This document shows positions 50,941 through 64,000 of a stretch of DNA of 64,000 nucleotides, in pieces. Position 1 is the stretch's first letter; each line of letters begins with the position of its first letter. This stretch comes from Deltaproteobacteria bacterium (GTDB lineage: Bacteria; Myxococcota; Kuafuiibacteriia; Kuafuiibacteriales; Kuafuiibacteriaceae): assembly GCA_040218735.1 (NCBI GenBank), contig JAVJQW010000018.1, positions 224,001 to 288,000 of the forward strand. The letters are read 5' to 3'. Both the position numbers and the translations under genes were made by a program. The notes beneath the pieces were generated by a model. The model was not told where the DNA came from, did no database searches, and was given only the letters and a program-made list of their open reading frames with translations.

Positions 50941-51812
50941 GCGAGCGCGAGCAGACGACCCAGGGGCTGATCAGCGCCCTCGGGGCGTTCCTGATCTGGG
51001 GCTTGCTGCCGATCTACTGGAAGCTGTTCGCGGGCGTCGCGCCGACGGAGGTGATCGCGCAGCGGATCCTCTGGACGGCGATCCTGACGGTCGCGGTGCT
51101 GACGGTCGCGGGGCGCGCGCGTGAGGTCGTCGCGGTGTTCGCGACGAAGAAAGGGCTGCTGGCGACGGTCGCGTCGAGTTTCTTCATATCGATGAACGGG
51201 TTGGTCTTCGTCATCGCGGTGTCGTCGGGGCGCATCACCGAGGTGAGCCTCGGGTACTACGTGAACCCGCTGCTCAACGCGTTACTCGGTGTGCTCGTGC
51301 TGCGGGAGCGGCCGACGCCGCGGCAGGCGATCGCGATCGGCCTGGCGACGATCGGCGTCGTCTACGCGACCGTGAGTCAGGGTGTCTTTCCGTGGATCTC
51401 GATCGCGCTCGCGGGGTGTTTCGGTTTCTACGGCCTCGTGCGCAAGGTCGCGCCGGCCGAAGCGCTGCCGGGGCTCGCCGCGGAGATGACGCTCGCGGCG
51501 CCGGTCGCGCTGATCTACCTGTGCGTCGCGCCGCCGGTGGTCTTCGGCGCGTTCGTGACGGAGGGCCCGGCGATGGCGGCGTTGCTCGCGACCACCGGCG
51601 TCGCGAGCGCGATGCCGCTGTACCTCTTCACACGCGGCGCGCGTCAGTTGCCGTACATCACGGTCGGGCTGTTGATGTACGTCGCGCCGACGCTTCAGCT
51701 GTTGGTCGCCGTGATCGTGTACGGGGAGCCGTTCACGACGACCCACGCGGTGACGTTCGGATTCATCTGGGTCGCCATCGCGCTGTACGTGAGTGACCTG
51801 CGGAAGCGGTGA
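50937..51812 (+). CDS. rarD: EamA-family transporter RarD
   Basis: [36 protein letters not shown]. Confidence 0.93.
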   Translation: MSEREQTTQGLISALGAFLIWGLLPIYWKLFAGVAPTEVIAQRILWTAILTVAVLTVAGRAREVVAVFATKKGLLATVASSFFISMNGLVFVIAVSSGRITEVSLGYYVNPLLNALLGVLVLRERPTPRQAIAIGLATIGVVYATVSQGVFPWISIALAGCFGFYGLVRKVAPAEALPGLAAEMTLAAPVALIYLCVAPPVVFGAFVTEGPAMAALLATTGVASAMPLYLFTRGARQLPYITVGLLMYVAPTLQLLVAVIVYGEPFTTTHAVTFGFIWVAIALYVSDLRKR

Positions 51813-51906
51813 CGTCGCACGGCGTTGGATTCGTTGTACGCTGGGGCGCCGGCATGAACGCACGAGCTGAAGACGCGCGGCGCCGCCGCGGCGGTGGCGA
51901 CGTCCC

Positions 51907-53727
<1,821 letters not shown>

Positions 53728-53731
53728 AGAG

Positions 53732-54379
53732 ATGAGCGCGCATCGGCTACGCATGGTCGTGACCCGTGCGTTCGTTGCAGCCGGTGCTCGAGGCGGGTAC
53801 GTCTTCGCGTCGGCCTTGGGAGAGAGCGACACGCCACGAGCGGCGTCGGCGCGGGACGGCCTGACGCTCGAGAAGCTCTTCCGCGACCACGTGGACGATG
53901 TGCACCGGATCGTCGCCCGGCTCCTCGGCCCGGCGGCTTCGGACTCGGACATCGACGACGTCGTGCAGCAGGTCTTCGTCGCGGTGCACTCCGCGCTCCC
54001 GCGTTTCCGCGGGGACTCGAAGGTGACCACGTGGCTCTACGGCATCGCGACGCGCACCGTGCTCGGGCACCTGCGGAGCGGGCGTCGCCACCGGCGCATG
54101 GTCGAGACGCTGGAGGCGATGACCCAGGTCCTCCCGGCCGAGACCGCTCACCCCGAAGCGCAGGCGGAGCGGCGCGAAGCGCTCCAGCGGGTGTGGCGCG
54201 CGCTGATGCAGATCAAACCGAAGAAACGCGTGGTGTTCCTGCTCTACCAGGTCGAGGGGCTCAGCGGTCGCGAGATCGCGGAGGCGCTCGACGTGCGCCC
54301 GGCGACCGTCCACACGCGGCTGTACCACGCGCGGCGTGAGCTCGACGCCGCGCTCGCGCGCGAGGAGACGCAGCGATGA
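53732..54379 (+). CDS. ECF RNA polymerase sigma factor
   Basis: DIDDVVQQVF, FRGDSKVTTWLYGIA, VEGLSGREIAEAL...TVHTRLYHAR. Confidence 0.93.
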   Translation: MSAHRLRMVVTRAFVAAGARGGYVFASALGESDTPRAASARDGLTLEKLFRDHVDDVHRIVARLLGPAASDSDIDDVVQQVFVAVHSALPRFRGDSKVTTWLYGIATRTVLGHLRSGRRHRRMVETLEAMTQVLPAETAHPEAQAERREALQRVWRALMQIKPKKRVVFLLYQVEGLSGREIAEALDVRPATVHTRLYHARRELDAALAREETQR

Positions 54380-55584
54380 CGTGCCCGATGCGCGACGACC
54401 TCTACCGCTACCCGTGGCCGGGGATCACGGACGAAGAGCGGCGCTCCCTTCGCCAGCACACGTCGGGGTGTGAGGTCTGTCGGGCCACCGCGGTTCGGCT
54501 CGGCGATGCGTCGGAGCTGCTGGCGGCCGACCGCGCCGAGCTCGCCCCCGCGCGTCGCGTCGCGCTGTGGTCGGCGATCGAAGCCGAGACGAGCGGCCCG
54601 CGTTGGGGCTGGCCGGCGTTGGTGTTCGGCGTGGCGTTGGCCGTCGCGCTCCTGGTCGTCGTGCGCGCGCCGTCGGAGGACGCGTTCGTCGTCACGGGCG
54701 GGGAGCTCGTCGAGCCGTCGCGATCGCTCGTGTCGGGGGAGCGCCGTACCGCCGCGACGAACGTGCGCATCGAACGCGCCGCCGCGAAGCTCCAGCTCGC
54801 GGAAGGCACCGTCTTCACGCTGACGCCTCGTGACTTCGTGCGTGTCGAGCGCGGTCGACTCGACCTCGAGCTCGAGGGCGCCGAGAAGCTGGACGTCGAG
54901 ATCCCCGTCGCACACGTCGCGTTCCTCGGCGACGGCGCGGCCGCGACGGTCGACGTCGACGACGGCTTCGCGCGGGTCGAGGTCCACCGCGGACACGCAC
55001 GGGTCACGCCCCGCGACGGGACGCCGCAGAGCGTCGAGGCGAAGCAACGATGGACCCATCCGCCGCCCGAAGAGGCGCGCAAGCGACATCGCGCTCAGCT
55101 CGATCGAGCGCGTTCGATCGTCGCGGACGACGCGCCCGCTGCGCAGAAGATCGCGCAGGCCGTGCTGGAGCGCGATGCGGACGACGCCGAGGCGGTCGAC
55201 GCGCTCGCACTGATCGCCGACGCCTATCGCCGCAGCGGCGAGCACCGGAGCGCCGCCGACTACTACGCGCAGGTCGCCGCCCACCCCGCCGGACGCGGCT
55301 ACGCGGAGGAGGCGTTGCTGCGTCGCGCGAAGATGCTCCGCGCCGACGGCGACGACGAAGCCGCGCTCGCCGCGCTCGAAGAAGCCGCGAGACGTTTCGC
55401 GGACGGCCCCCTCGCACCCGAGCGCGTCGCGCTCACGGTACACACGCTGACGGCGGTCGGGCGGTTCGACGAAGCGGCGCGTCGCCTCGAAGGCGCCGCG
55501 GACACGCCTGCGGTGCGCGCGGCGCGGGACGAGCTCGAAAACGCGCGACGAATGAAGAACTCGAAGGGGAGCGGCCACCCATGA
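54376..55584 (+). CDS. Anti-sigma factor: ZAS + TM + FecR-like + TPR
   Basis: HTSGCEVC (HxxxCxxC), TM, VERGRL/VEVHRG FecR-like strands, TPR helices; ATGA overlap. Confidence 0.8.
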   Translation: MTCPMRDDLYRYPWPGITDEERRSLRQHTSGCEVCRATAVRLGDASELLAADRAELAPARRVALWSAIEAETSGPRWGWPALVFGVALAVALLVVVRAPSEDAFVVTGGELVEPSRSLVSGERRTAATNVRIERAAAKLQLAEGTVFTLTPRDFVRVERGRLDLELEGAEKLDVEIPVAHVAFLGDGAAATVDVDDGFARVEVHRGHARVTPRDGTPQSVEAKQRWTHPPPEEARKRHRAQLDRARSIVADDAPAAQKIAQAVLERDADDAEAVDALALIADAYRRSGEHRSAADYYAQVAAHPAGRGYAEEALLRRAKMLRADGDDEAALAALEEAARRFADGPLAPERVALTVHTLTAVGRFDEAARRLEGAADTPAVRAARDELENARRMKNSKGSGHP

Positions 55585-57203
55585 ACGTGAGACGCACAAA
55601 ACCTCTGCTCCTCGTCCCGCTCCTGCTCGCGTCGTGCACGAAGGACTTCACGATGCAGGAGGTCACGTCGACGCGCGTTTCGGCGTCGGCCGGCGGCATC
55701 GCGAAGAGTCACGACGGCCTCGTCGAGGTCGAGTTCGCGCCGGGCGCGCTCGCAGCGGACACCGACATTCGTATCGAAGCGAAGCGTGATCTCATGAGCT
55801 CCGAGATCGAGTCTCGCGCCGTCTACGATCTGGGACCCGACGGCCTCACCTTCGAAGGTCAGGTGACCGTTCGCTTCCGCGTGGACGCGGGGGGCGAGGA
55901 GCTCGTCGTCGTGAACCTCGACACCGGCGAGCCCGCCGAGATCGCGACCTCGTCTCACGACGTCGCGTCGGGCGTCGTCACCGCGCAGCTCGAGCACTTC
56001 TCGCTCTACGCGCTCATCCTTCGCTACCGAGCCTGCCGCAACAAGACTTGCGGTGACTCGTGTTCGCTGTGTCCGCCGTGGCGGCCGACGTGCACCGAGC
56101 CGCCCGGAGGTCCGCGGGTGTGTGGGCCGCAGGGCCTTTGCGTTGCGCAGTCGTCGCCCGAGGCGCTGTGCCACTACGACGGGGGCACGACGTCGCCGTT
56201 CCGCGACGGCGGTCCGCCGCGCGACGGCGGCGAGACGTCCGGGCTCGACACCGGCGTCTACGACGCGCCGATTCGGGACGGCAGCGTCTCCGGCGTCGTC
56301 ACCGAGGTCGAGCCGAACAACACGTGGCAGGACGCACAGACCCTCGCCGTCGACGTGGGGCTCCCCGCGACCGTGATCGCGTCGATCAACCCCGCGGGCG
56401 ATCAGGACTACTTCGCGTTCATCGTCCCGCCGGGCCAGTCGATCGAGGTGCAAGCGACCACCTACGATCAAGCGCAACCCTACGGCTGCCTCACCGCCGA
56501 CACGGTGCTCACGCTCTTCGACAACGCGCAGACCGAGCTCATGTCCAACGACGACTACGGCGTCGGCGGCTGCTCGCGCGTGACCTCGGTGCTCCCGAGC
56601 GGACTGTATTATCTCCGCGTCCGCCAGTTCGCCGGACAGACGATCCCGAGCTACCGACTTGAGGTCCTGTTCCGCCTCGTGGGCAGCGGCGGCGACGGTG
56701 GCGTGCGCGACGGCGCCGTCACACCCGCGGTCGACGCAGGCGTCGGCAGCGATGGCGGACCTGGACCGAGCGACGGAGGCCCCGGACCGAGCGACGGCGG
56801 TCCGACGCGCGACGGCGGCATCTCGACGTACTTCGAGTCCGAGCCGAACGACACCCTCGCGCAGGCGAACTTCTACGGGCTCCCCGCAACCGTGGCGGGC
56901 GCGATCGACCCCGTCGGCGACGTCGATCTCTTCGTCTACACGATCCCCCCGACCGTCTCGCAGCTCTCGCTGACGACGTACACCCAGCTCGGGGATCCGA
57001 CGGTCTGCGTCGGCGCGGACACCGTGTTGCGCCTCTTCGACGGAGCGGGCACCCAGCTCACCTCGAACGACGACTACAGCGGGCTCAGCTGCTCGCGAAT
57101 CGTGTGGTCGGTGATGCCCGGCCAGACCTACTACTTCCGGGTCGAGCACTTCGGGAACAACGGGACGATCCCGAGCTACTTCCTCGACGCGTTCATCCAG
57201 TAG
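55581..57203 (+). CDS. Lipoprotein with ZU5-like domain, Cys-rich module and two PPC-like domains
   Basis: LLASC; DGLVEV.F.PGAL, YDLGPDGLTF, LEHFSLY; duplicated E.EPN.T...GD.D.F...DTVL.LFD...SNDDY...CSR...YY.RV. Confidence 0.8.
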   Translation: MNVRRTKPLLLVPLLLASCTKDFTMQEVTSTRVSASAGGIAKSHDGLVEVEFAPGALAADTDIRIEAKRDLMSSEIESRAVYDLGPDGLTFEGQVTVRFRVDAGGEELVVVNLDTGEPAEIATSSHDVASGVVTAQLEHFSLYALILRYRACRNKTCGDSCSLCPPWRPTCTEPPGGPRVCGPQGLCVAQSSPEALCHYDGGTTSPFRDGGPPRDGGETSGLDTGVYDAPIRDGSVSGVVTEVEPNNTWQDAQTLAVDVGLPATVIASINPAGDQDYFAFIVPPGQSIEVQATTYDQAQPYGCLTADTVLTLFDNAQTELMSNDDYGVGGCSRVTSVLPSGLYYLRVRQFAGQTIPSYRLEVLFRLVGSGGDGGVRDGAVTPAVDAGVGSDGGPGPSDGGPGPSDGGPTRDGGISTYFESEPNDTLAQANFYGLPATVAGAIDPVGDVDLFVYTIPPTVSQLSLTTYTQLGDPTVCVGADTVLRLFDGAGTQLTSNDDYSGLSCSRIVWSVMPGQTYYFRVEHFGNNGTIPSYFLDAFIQ

Positions 57204-57258
57204 CCGCGCCGATTTCGTTTGGTGCCCGGGCCGCACATCCCCTAGAAGAGGGGCCGTC

Positions 57259-58662
57259 ATGTCGAAGCTCCCGGTCATCGCGCCCGAGGCGGCTCCGCCC
57301 GAGCCTGCGTTCGATGGGCCGCTCGCCTACGCGTCGGCGCTCTCGCCGAAGCGCATCTACGTCGACACCTTCGGTTGCCAGATGAACGCGCACGACTCGC
57401 AGCGCATGGTGAGCCTGATGGCGGGTGAGGGCTACGCGCCGACCGACACCCCCGACGACGCCGATCTCATCGTCCTCAACAGCTGCAGCGTCCGCGAGAA
57501 GGCCGAGCAGAAGCTCCGCACGCGCGCCGGGCAGATGAAGCGCATCAAGCGGAAGAACCGCGACGTCGTCCTCGCGATCGGCGGCTGTGTCGCGCAGCAG
57601 GAAGGCCAGCGCATGATGGAGCGCATCCCGCAGGCGGACATCGTCTTCGGGCCCGACCACATCGCGAGCCTCCCGGACCTCGTGCGAAACGTTCGAGAGG
57701 ATCGCCAGCGCATCCTGCGCACCGACTTCCTCGACCGCGAGGCGTACGCCTTCCCCGCGATCACCGACGAGAACCCCGCCGAGGTCAGCGCCTACGTCAG
57801 CGTGATGAAGGGCTGCGACAAGTTTTGCACCTTCTGCATCGTGCCGTTTACGCGCGGCCGCGAGGTGAGCCGATCGGCCGACGAGATCGTCGAAGAGGTA
57901 AAGAAACTCGCGGGGCAGGGCAGTAAGGAGATCGTGCTGCTCGGGCAGACGGTCAACAGCTATGGCCGCCGCAAGAAGGACGGCCACATCCCGTTCCACG
58001 AGTTGCTCGCGCGCGTCGCCAGCGTGGACGGCGTGGAGCGCGTTCGATTCACGTCGCCGCATCCGTCCGACTTCTCCGACGAGCAGATCCGCGCGTTCGC
58101 CGAGCTCCCCGAGCTGTGCCCGCACATGCACTTGCCGGTGCAGTCGGGCAGCACGAAGGTCCTCACCGCGATGCGCCGCGGTTACACCCGCGAGGAGTTC
58201 CTCGCGATCACCGACCGCCTGAACGAAGTGGCGCCGCAAGTCGCGTTGACGACGGACATCATCGTCGGCTTCCCGGGCGAGACCGAGGAAGACTTCGAAC
58301 AGACGCTCTCGCTCATGGAGCGCGTGAACTTCCAGGCGTCGTACTCGTTCGCCTACTCGGAGCGGGTCGGGACCCGCGCGCTGCAGATCGAGCCGGAGGT
58401 GCCGCTCGAGGAGAGGATGCGCCGGTTGCACGTCCTCCAGGCGCTGCAGAACGCCCTCACCAAGAGGTGGCTGGACGGCATGGTCGGGCAGAAGCAGACC
58501 GTGATGATCGAGGGGCCCTCGAAGACCGACGCGACGCGGAGCACCGGGCGCAACGGCCAGAACCGGCCCGTGCACGTGGACGGGACGTTCGCGCCGGGGA
58601 CGATGCTCGAGGTCGAGATCGTCGAGGCCTTCAACCACTCGCTGCTGGGGCGCGCGGCGTGA
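57259..58662 (+). CDS. miaB: tRNA (i6A37) methylthiotransferase
   Basis: TFGCQMNAHDS, NSCSVREKA, GCDKFCTFCIVP, RFTSPHP, HLPVQSGS, TRAM domain. Confidence 0.97.
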   Translation: MSKLPVIAPEAAPPEPAFDGPLAYASALSPKRIYVDTFGCQMNAHDSQRMVSLMAGEGYAPTDTPDDADLIVLNSCSVREKAEQKLRTRAGQMKRIKRKNRDVVLAIGGCVAQQEGQRMMERIPQADIVFGPDHIASLPDLVRNVREDRQRILRTDFLDREAYAFPAITDENPAEVSAYVSVMKGCDKFCTFCIVPFTRGREVSRSADEIVEEVKKLAGQGSKEIVLLGQTVNSYGRRKKDGHIPFHELLARVASVDGVERVRFTSPHPSDFSDEQIRAFAELPELCPHMHLPVQSGSTKVLTAMRRGYTREEFLAITDRLNEVAPQVALTTDIIVGFPGETEEDFEQTLSLMERVNFQASYSFAYSERVGTRALQIEPEVPLEERMRRLHVLQALQNALTKRWLDGMVGQKQTVMIEGPSKTDATRSTGRNGQNRPVHVDGTFAPGTMLEVEIVEAFNHSLLGRAA

Positions 58663-59183
58663 GGGGCACGGTCCTCCCGTACCTGGACACCACGCCGAAG
58701 CTCGGGAGCGGCGTGTACCTCGCGCCCGGGTCGTTTGTGATCGGGGACGTCGAGATTGGCGAGGACAGCTCCGTGTGGTTCAACACGGTCATCCGCGGGG
58801 ACGTCTTCCCGATCCGCATCGGCGCCCGATCGAACGTTCAGGACAACTCGGTCATCCACGTCACCACGGACAAGTTCTCCACGGTGATCGAGGACGACGT
58901 CACCGTCGGCCACAGCGTCACGCTGCACGGTTGCACCATCAAGTCGGGCGCGTTGATCGGGATGGGCGCGATCATCCTGGACCGCGCGGTCGTGGAAGAG
59001 GGCGCGCTCGTCGCGGCGGGTGCGTTGGTGCCGCAGGGGATGGTCGTCCCGGCGGGCATGGTCGCGATGGGATCGCCCGCGAAGATTCGACGGCCGGTCA
59101 GCGACGAGGAGCGCGAGTACCTCGCGTATGCGTCGGGCCACTACGTCGACATCGCGCGCAACTACCTGAACAATCTCGGTTGA
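58659..59183 (+). CDS. Gamma carbonic anhydrase family protein
   Basis: IRGD, NVQDNSVIH, VGHSVTLHGC hexapeptide repeats; GTGA overlap. Confidence 0.93.
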   Translation: MRGTVLPYLDTTPKLGSGVYLAPGSFVIGDVEIGEDSSVWFNTVIRGDVFPIRIGARSNVQDNSVIHVTTDKFSTVIEDDVTVGHSVTLHGCTIKSGALIGMGAIILDRAVVEEGALVAAGALVPQGMVVPAGMVAMGSPAKIRRPVSDEEREYLAYASGHYVDIARNYLNNLG

Positions 59184-59330
59184 GCGACCTTGCTCGCAGG
59201 TTGGGCCGCTGCTATCAAACGAGCGGCGCCGTCGCGGGATTTCGGGCCTAGCGCCCAAAATCGGGGCCGGGGAGATCGTTCGACGGGCGACCGTCGAACG
59301 GGGGGCGAGCCGCGGCGACGTCTTTGGTCG

Positions 59331-59807
59331 ATGTCGAACAACGCGGAGATCGTTCGGACGCTCAAGTCGGCCGCGCTGTTCAAGAACTTCACCGACACCG
59401 GTCTGCAGATCGTCGCTTCCATCGCGCAGACCAAACGCATCCCGCCGAACACACCGCTCTTCGTCGAGAACATGATCGGCGAGGGCCTCTACGTCATCGC
59501 GGACGGGATGATCCGCCTCGCGGTGCGCGGACCGAACGGGCAGGAGACGACGCTGACGATGTTGTCCGCGGGGGACTCACTCGGCGAGGCCGCCATCCTC
59601 CGCCAGGGCCCGCGCCTGTGCTCGGCGACGGCGGAGGTGGAGTCGACGGTGTTGGAGATCACGCGCCGGGACATCGCGCTGCTCCAGCGCAGCAAACCGC
59701 AGGCGTGCCTCAAGCTGATGATGGGCGTGGTGGAGCTGATCGGCGAGCGGCTGCAGAAGGCCGACCCCGATTTCCGCCAATTCCTCGCGTGGCGACTCGA
59801 CGTGTAG
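59331..59807 (+). CDS. Stand-alone cyclic nucleotide-binding domain protein
   Basis: LF.E, LYVI..G, GDSLGEAA, PR.CSATA; no HTH follows. Confidence 0.88.
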   Translation: MSNNAEIVRTLKSAALFKNFTDTGLQIVASIAQTKRIPPNTPLFVENMIGEGLYVIADGMIRLAVRGPNGQETTLTMLSAGDSLGEAAILRQGPRLCSATAEVESTVLEITRRDIALLQRSKPQACLKLMMGVVELIGERLQKADPDFRQFLAWRLDV

Positions 59808-59820
59808 TGAAATAGAGAGC

Positions 59821-60714
59821 GTGGAGGCGTACACGCCACTCGACGCGCAGATCGATGGGTACCTGTCCCATCTGCGCGTGGAGCGCTCGCTCGCGAAGAA
59901 CACCCTCGAGGCGTACAGCCGGGACCTGTCGGACTTCGCGGGTTGGATGATCGACGCAAAGGTCGCCGACGCGACGGCGATCGCCTCTCACCACGTCTCC
60001 GCCTGGGTTCGAAACCTCGCGAAGGCCGGCCTCAAGCCGAAGTCCCAGGCGCGCATGCTGGTGGCGGTGCGCGGCTTCTTCAGGCACCTGGTGCGGACGC
60101 GGATCCTCGGCGAGGACCCCGCGGCCCTCGTCGACCTCCCCAAACAAGAGCGGACGCTCCCGGATCCGGTGACCCTCGACGAGGTCATGGCGCTCCTGCG
60201 GGCAGCGTCGAACCCGCGCGATCGCGCCCTCGTGGTGCTGCTCTACGGCGCCGGGCTTCGGGTGAGCGAGGTGGTGGGGCTGGAGCTCGGTTCGATCTAC
60301 CTCGACGCGGGGCTCATCCGCGTGCTCGGCAAGGGCAACAAGGAGCGCGTGGTGCCGATCGGCCAGGAGGTGATCGACGCGGTGCGCCGATACATCGAGG
60401 AGGACCGACCGAAGCGCCTCGCCGGCAAGACGAGCGACCACCTGTTCCCAGGGCGGGGCGGGCGCGGCAAGCTCACGCGGCAGGCCGCGTTTGCGCTGCT
60501 CAGGCGCCTGCAGGTCGCCGCCGGGCTCTCGCGGGACATCTCGCCGCACAAACTACGCCACGCCTTCGCGACGCACCTCGTCCGGGGCGGCGCCGACCTC
60601 CGCTCGGTGCAGGCGATGCTCGGCCACGCGGACCTGCGGACTACGGAGGTCTACACCCACGTCGACAGCGACCACGTCCGCGCGACGTATGACCGCACGC
60701 ACCCGCGATCCTGA
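59821..60714 (+). CDS. xerD: Site-specific tyrosine recombinase XerD
   Basis: ERSLAKNT.EAY.RDL, LYGAGLRVSE, GKGNKER.VP, SPHKLRHAFATH, LGHA...TTEVYTHV. Confidence 0.92.
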   Translation: MEAYTPLDAQIDGYLSHLRVERSLAKNTLEAYSRDLSDFAGWMIDAKVADATAIASHHVSAWVRNLAKAGLKPKSQARMLVAVRGFFRHLVRTRILGEDPAALVDLPKQERTLPDPVTLDEVMALLRAASNPRDRALVVLLYGAGLRVSEVVGLELGSIYLDAGLIRVLGKGNKERVVPIGQEVIDAVRRYIEEDRPKRLAGKTSDHLFPGRGGRGKLTRQAAFALLRRLQVAAGLSRDISPHKLRHAFATHLVRGGADLRSVQAMLGHADLRTTEVYTHVDSDHVRATYDRTHPRS

Positions 60715-60767
60715 AGGAAGGACTGATTGTCTCGCCCCGTAGAAGGGGCTACAAGGTTGGTTGGTCC

Positions 60768-61235
60768 GTGATGAAGCTCGAGACGAACCCGGCGTGGTCC
60801 ACGATGGACGACGAAATCCTCGACCTGATGCTCGACGAAGCCGAGCGCACGATCTTCGAGGTGGAAGGCCGGACGGACGAACCCGGCCGGCGCCTCGTGA
60901 CGATGGACGCCGACCCGCCCGGCGTGGCCGACCTGCGGCTCGCGATCGCGGAGCTGGTGGACGCCTACCCGGGCGTGCAGTTCGAGCTCGAGTCGGTGAG
61001 TGATCGCCTCCGGAACGTCGGCGCCCACGCGGCGACCGCGGAGCTGGAGTCCCGCCCGCACATCATGCACCTGGTGCGCCTCTCCCTGGAGGCGTTCTTC
61101 CGGCACTACCCGACCCTCGACGCCTACGAGGTCGACGCCACCCCGGACGATCCGGAAGACGACGCCCGCGCCCCGAGCGAGCTGTACGAGATGTACGGCC
61201 AGATCCTCGCGGCGCTCCGCGCGCGGCTCAGCTGA
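60768..61235 (+). CDS. Hypothetical acidic protein
   Basis: Strong GC3 bias; downstream of xerD on the same strand. Confidence 0.65.
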   Translation: MMKLETNPAWSTMDDEILDLMLDEAERTIFEVEGRTDEPGRRLVTMDADPPGVADLRLAIAELVDAYPGVQFELESVSDRLRNVGAHAATAELESRPHIMHLVRLSLEAFFRHYPTLDAYEVDATPDDPEDDARAPSELYEMYGQILAALRARLS

Positions 61236-61326
61236 TCCGTTCCGCGTCCCCCCGCGAGCCTCACGATCTCCGCTGACCCGGGAACGGGTGTTTTCTCGGC
61301 ATCGTGCTTCGACGCAACGATGTCAG

Positions 61327-62112
61327 ATGATGTGCGATAACTTCAGCGTGGACATCAGCTGGCGTGGTCGTGGCCTCCCGGACGCCGTCCTGTCGGGCGT
61401 TCGTTCGATTCTCCAGGGACAGACGCCCAACCACGACCTCGCCGGGGCCATCACAAGTGTGAGCAAGGCCGGCGACGGGCACTTCGAGCGGTTCCTCGCC
61501 AACGGCAAGCCGCTCTTCGAGCCGGACATCGGCGACCCATCGCTGATGGCGCTGTACGGGGACTTCGTGGTGCCGCGGACGGCCGAGGTCATCGCGCACG
61601 GCAGCGGCCACATCTCGCTTCGCGTGCGCTCCCGGTGGATCGACTTCCGCTGGGAGGATCCGAGCGTCCCGGACGAGGAGAAGCGGATCGTGCGCACCGA
61701 CAAGGAGCTACGACCGACCCGCGTCCCGGCGATCGTTCACGCGTACGGTGGCCTCGCGTACGGCACATTGTTCTCGGGGACCGAGGCGGAGCTCGACGCG
61801 CTCGAGAAGGGGCTCCTCGAAGCGCCCGTGCCGATCCCGTTCGACTGGAGCGGCGATCGCGGGGAGACGTGTCTCAGCTACGCCGCGCGTCTCCTGGAGA
61901 CGCACGCACCGCAGCTCGGCATCACGTACGAAGTCGACCCGCCGCGGTTCCTCCACGCGCTGCGGAACAATCCCAACCGAAGGCTGACCACGGTCTATTC
62001 GAGCGAAGCGCAGAGCCTCTTCGGGTCGCAGGCCTTCTTGGATGCGTTGGCGCCGTACGTCGCCCACGCCGATGCGTTCGAACGCTCTGCGCGCAAACCC
62101 CTCTGGGCTTGA
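61327..62112 (+). CDS. Hypothetical protein, possible permuted papain-like (His...Cys) hydrolase
   Basis: GHISLRV followed by FDW...ETCLSYAARLL; start uncertain (61327-61348). Confidence 0.5.
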   Translation: MMCDNFSVDISWRGRGLPDAVLSGVRSILQGQTPNHDLAGAITSVSKAGDGHFERFLANGKPLFEPDIGDPSLMALYGDFVVPRTAEVIAHGSGHISLRVRSRWIDFRWEDPSVPDEEKRIVRTDKELRPTRVPAIVHAYGGLAYGTLFSGTEAELDALEKGLLEAPVPIPFDWSGDRGETCLSYAARLLETHAPQLGITYEVDPPRFLHALRNNPNRRLTTVYSSEAQSLFGSQAFLDALAPYVAHADAFERSARKPLWA

Positions 62113-62118
62113 GCGACG

Positions 62119-63507
<1,389 letters not shown>

Positions 63508-63573
63508 TCGATAACTACCCTCGAATCGCTTCAACCGGCCGAGGCGCCGCATTATTCGCGATGGGTCTCTTGG

Positions 63574-64000
63574 CTACGTGTCCTCGTCCTCGTCCTCGTC
63601 GTGCTCCGCCGGTGACGAAGGCGTGACCTCCGGCTCCGCCGGGTCCCGGTGCTTGTGCGCGTTCGGATCCCATCCGACGTCCTCGGCGTCCGCGAGCAAC
63701 GATGCGTCTCCCTTTGGCGTGGGCACGTCGACCGGGCCGTAAACGGACTCGGACCGGGCCACCGGCTCCTTGGGCACCGGCGCCGGCACACCCGCGAACC
63801 GCTTCATGGCCGCGTGGAACACAAACTCCGTCTTCCCGATCGAGAACTCGTCGCCGTCGATCAGGTTCAGCCGGCGGACCGTCCGCCCCGCGAACGTGAT
63901 GCCGTTCTTGGAGCCCTGGTCCTGCAGCTTGAAGTAACCGCGGGCGTCCATCGTCAAAATCGCGTGGCGCCGCGAGACGAGCTCGTCGTCGAGCGCGAGG
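63574..64000 (-). CDS. FHA domain protein (3' part; start lies outside the window)
   Basis: The frame extends to the edge: DDELVSRRHA...QDQGSKNG...LIDGDEFSIG. Confidence 0.85.
   Translation of the reverse strand, partial: LALDDELVSRRHAILTMDARGYFKLQDQGSKNGITFAGRTVRRLNLIDGDEFSIGKTEFVFHAAMKRFAGVPAPVPKEPVARSESVYGPVDVPTPKGDASLLADAEDVGWDPNAHKHRDPAEPEVTPSSPAEHDEDEDEDT

Noticed and set aside
59821-62112. Tyrosine recombinase plus two hypothetical genes as a possible integrated element
   Set aside because: The protein looks like housekeeping XerD in a housekeeping gene run; no att repeats, tRNA or phage/plasmid genes were seen.

Overview
64 kb of very GC-rich (roughly 70% by eye), densely coding bacterial chromosome. 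The gene content points to Myxococcota: three Hanks-type Ser/Thr kinases, a TIGR02266-like PilZ protein, AgmX/PglI and AglQ/AglS-like domains, RDAG-repeat lipoproteins and an FHA protein. I call about 54 CDS. Housekeeping genes (rnr, mdh, scoAB, rlmD, rarD, miaB, xerD, degP-like, acyl-CoA carboxylase beta, YigZ, Fur family) are interleaved with many secreted or lipoprotein genes. I saw no rRNA, tRNA, CRISPR array or transposase. Best candidates for undescribed biology: (1) A translationally coupled ECF sigma / Zn-less anti-sigma / exported caspase / FG-GAP lipoprotein cassette (13072-17636). Its upstream motif recurs with identical spacing before the next operon (Cys-rich protein, secreted protein, HEXXH metalloprotease), suggesting a protease-gated sigma circuit beside its target. 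(2) An isocitrate dehydrogenase homolog beside mdh that has lost most own-subunit catalytic, metal and NADP residues but kept those donated to a partner subunit, as eukaryotic regulatory IDH subunits do. (3) A fusion of AglS-like, AglQ-like and AgmX/TonB-C-like domains. (4) A modular lipoprotein family sharing an unnamed N-terminal domain. (5) A ~140 nt rod-like candidate RNA between rnr and an ATP-grasp gene. All family calls come from motif recognition by eye and comparison with remembered reference sequences; no searches were run.
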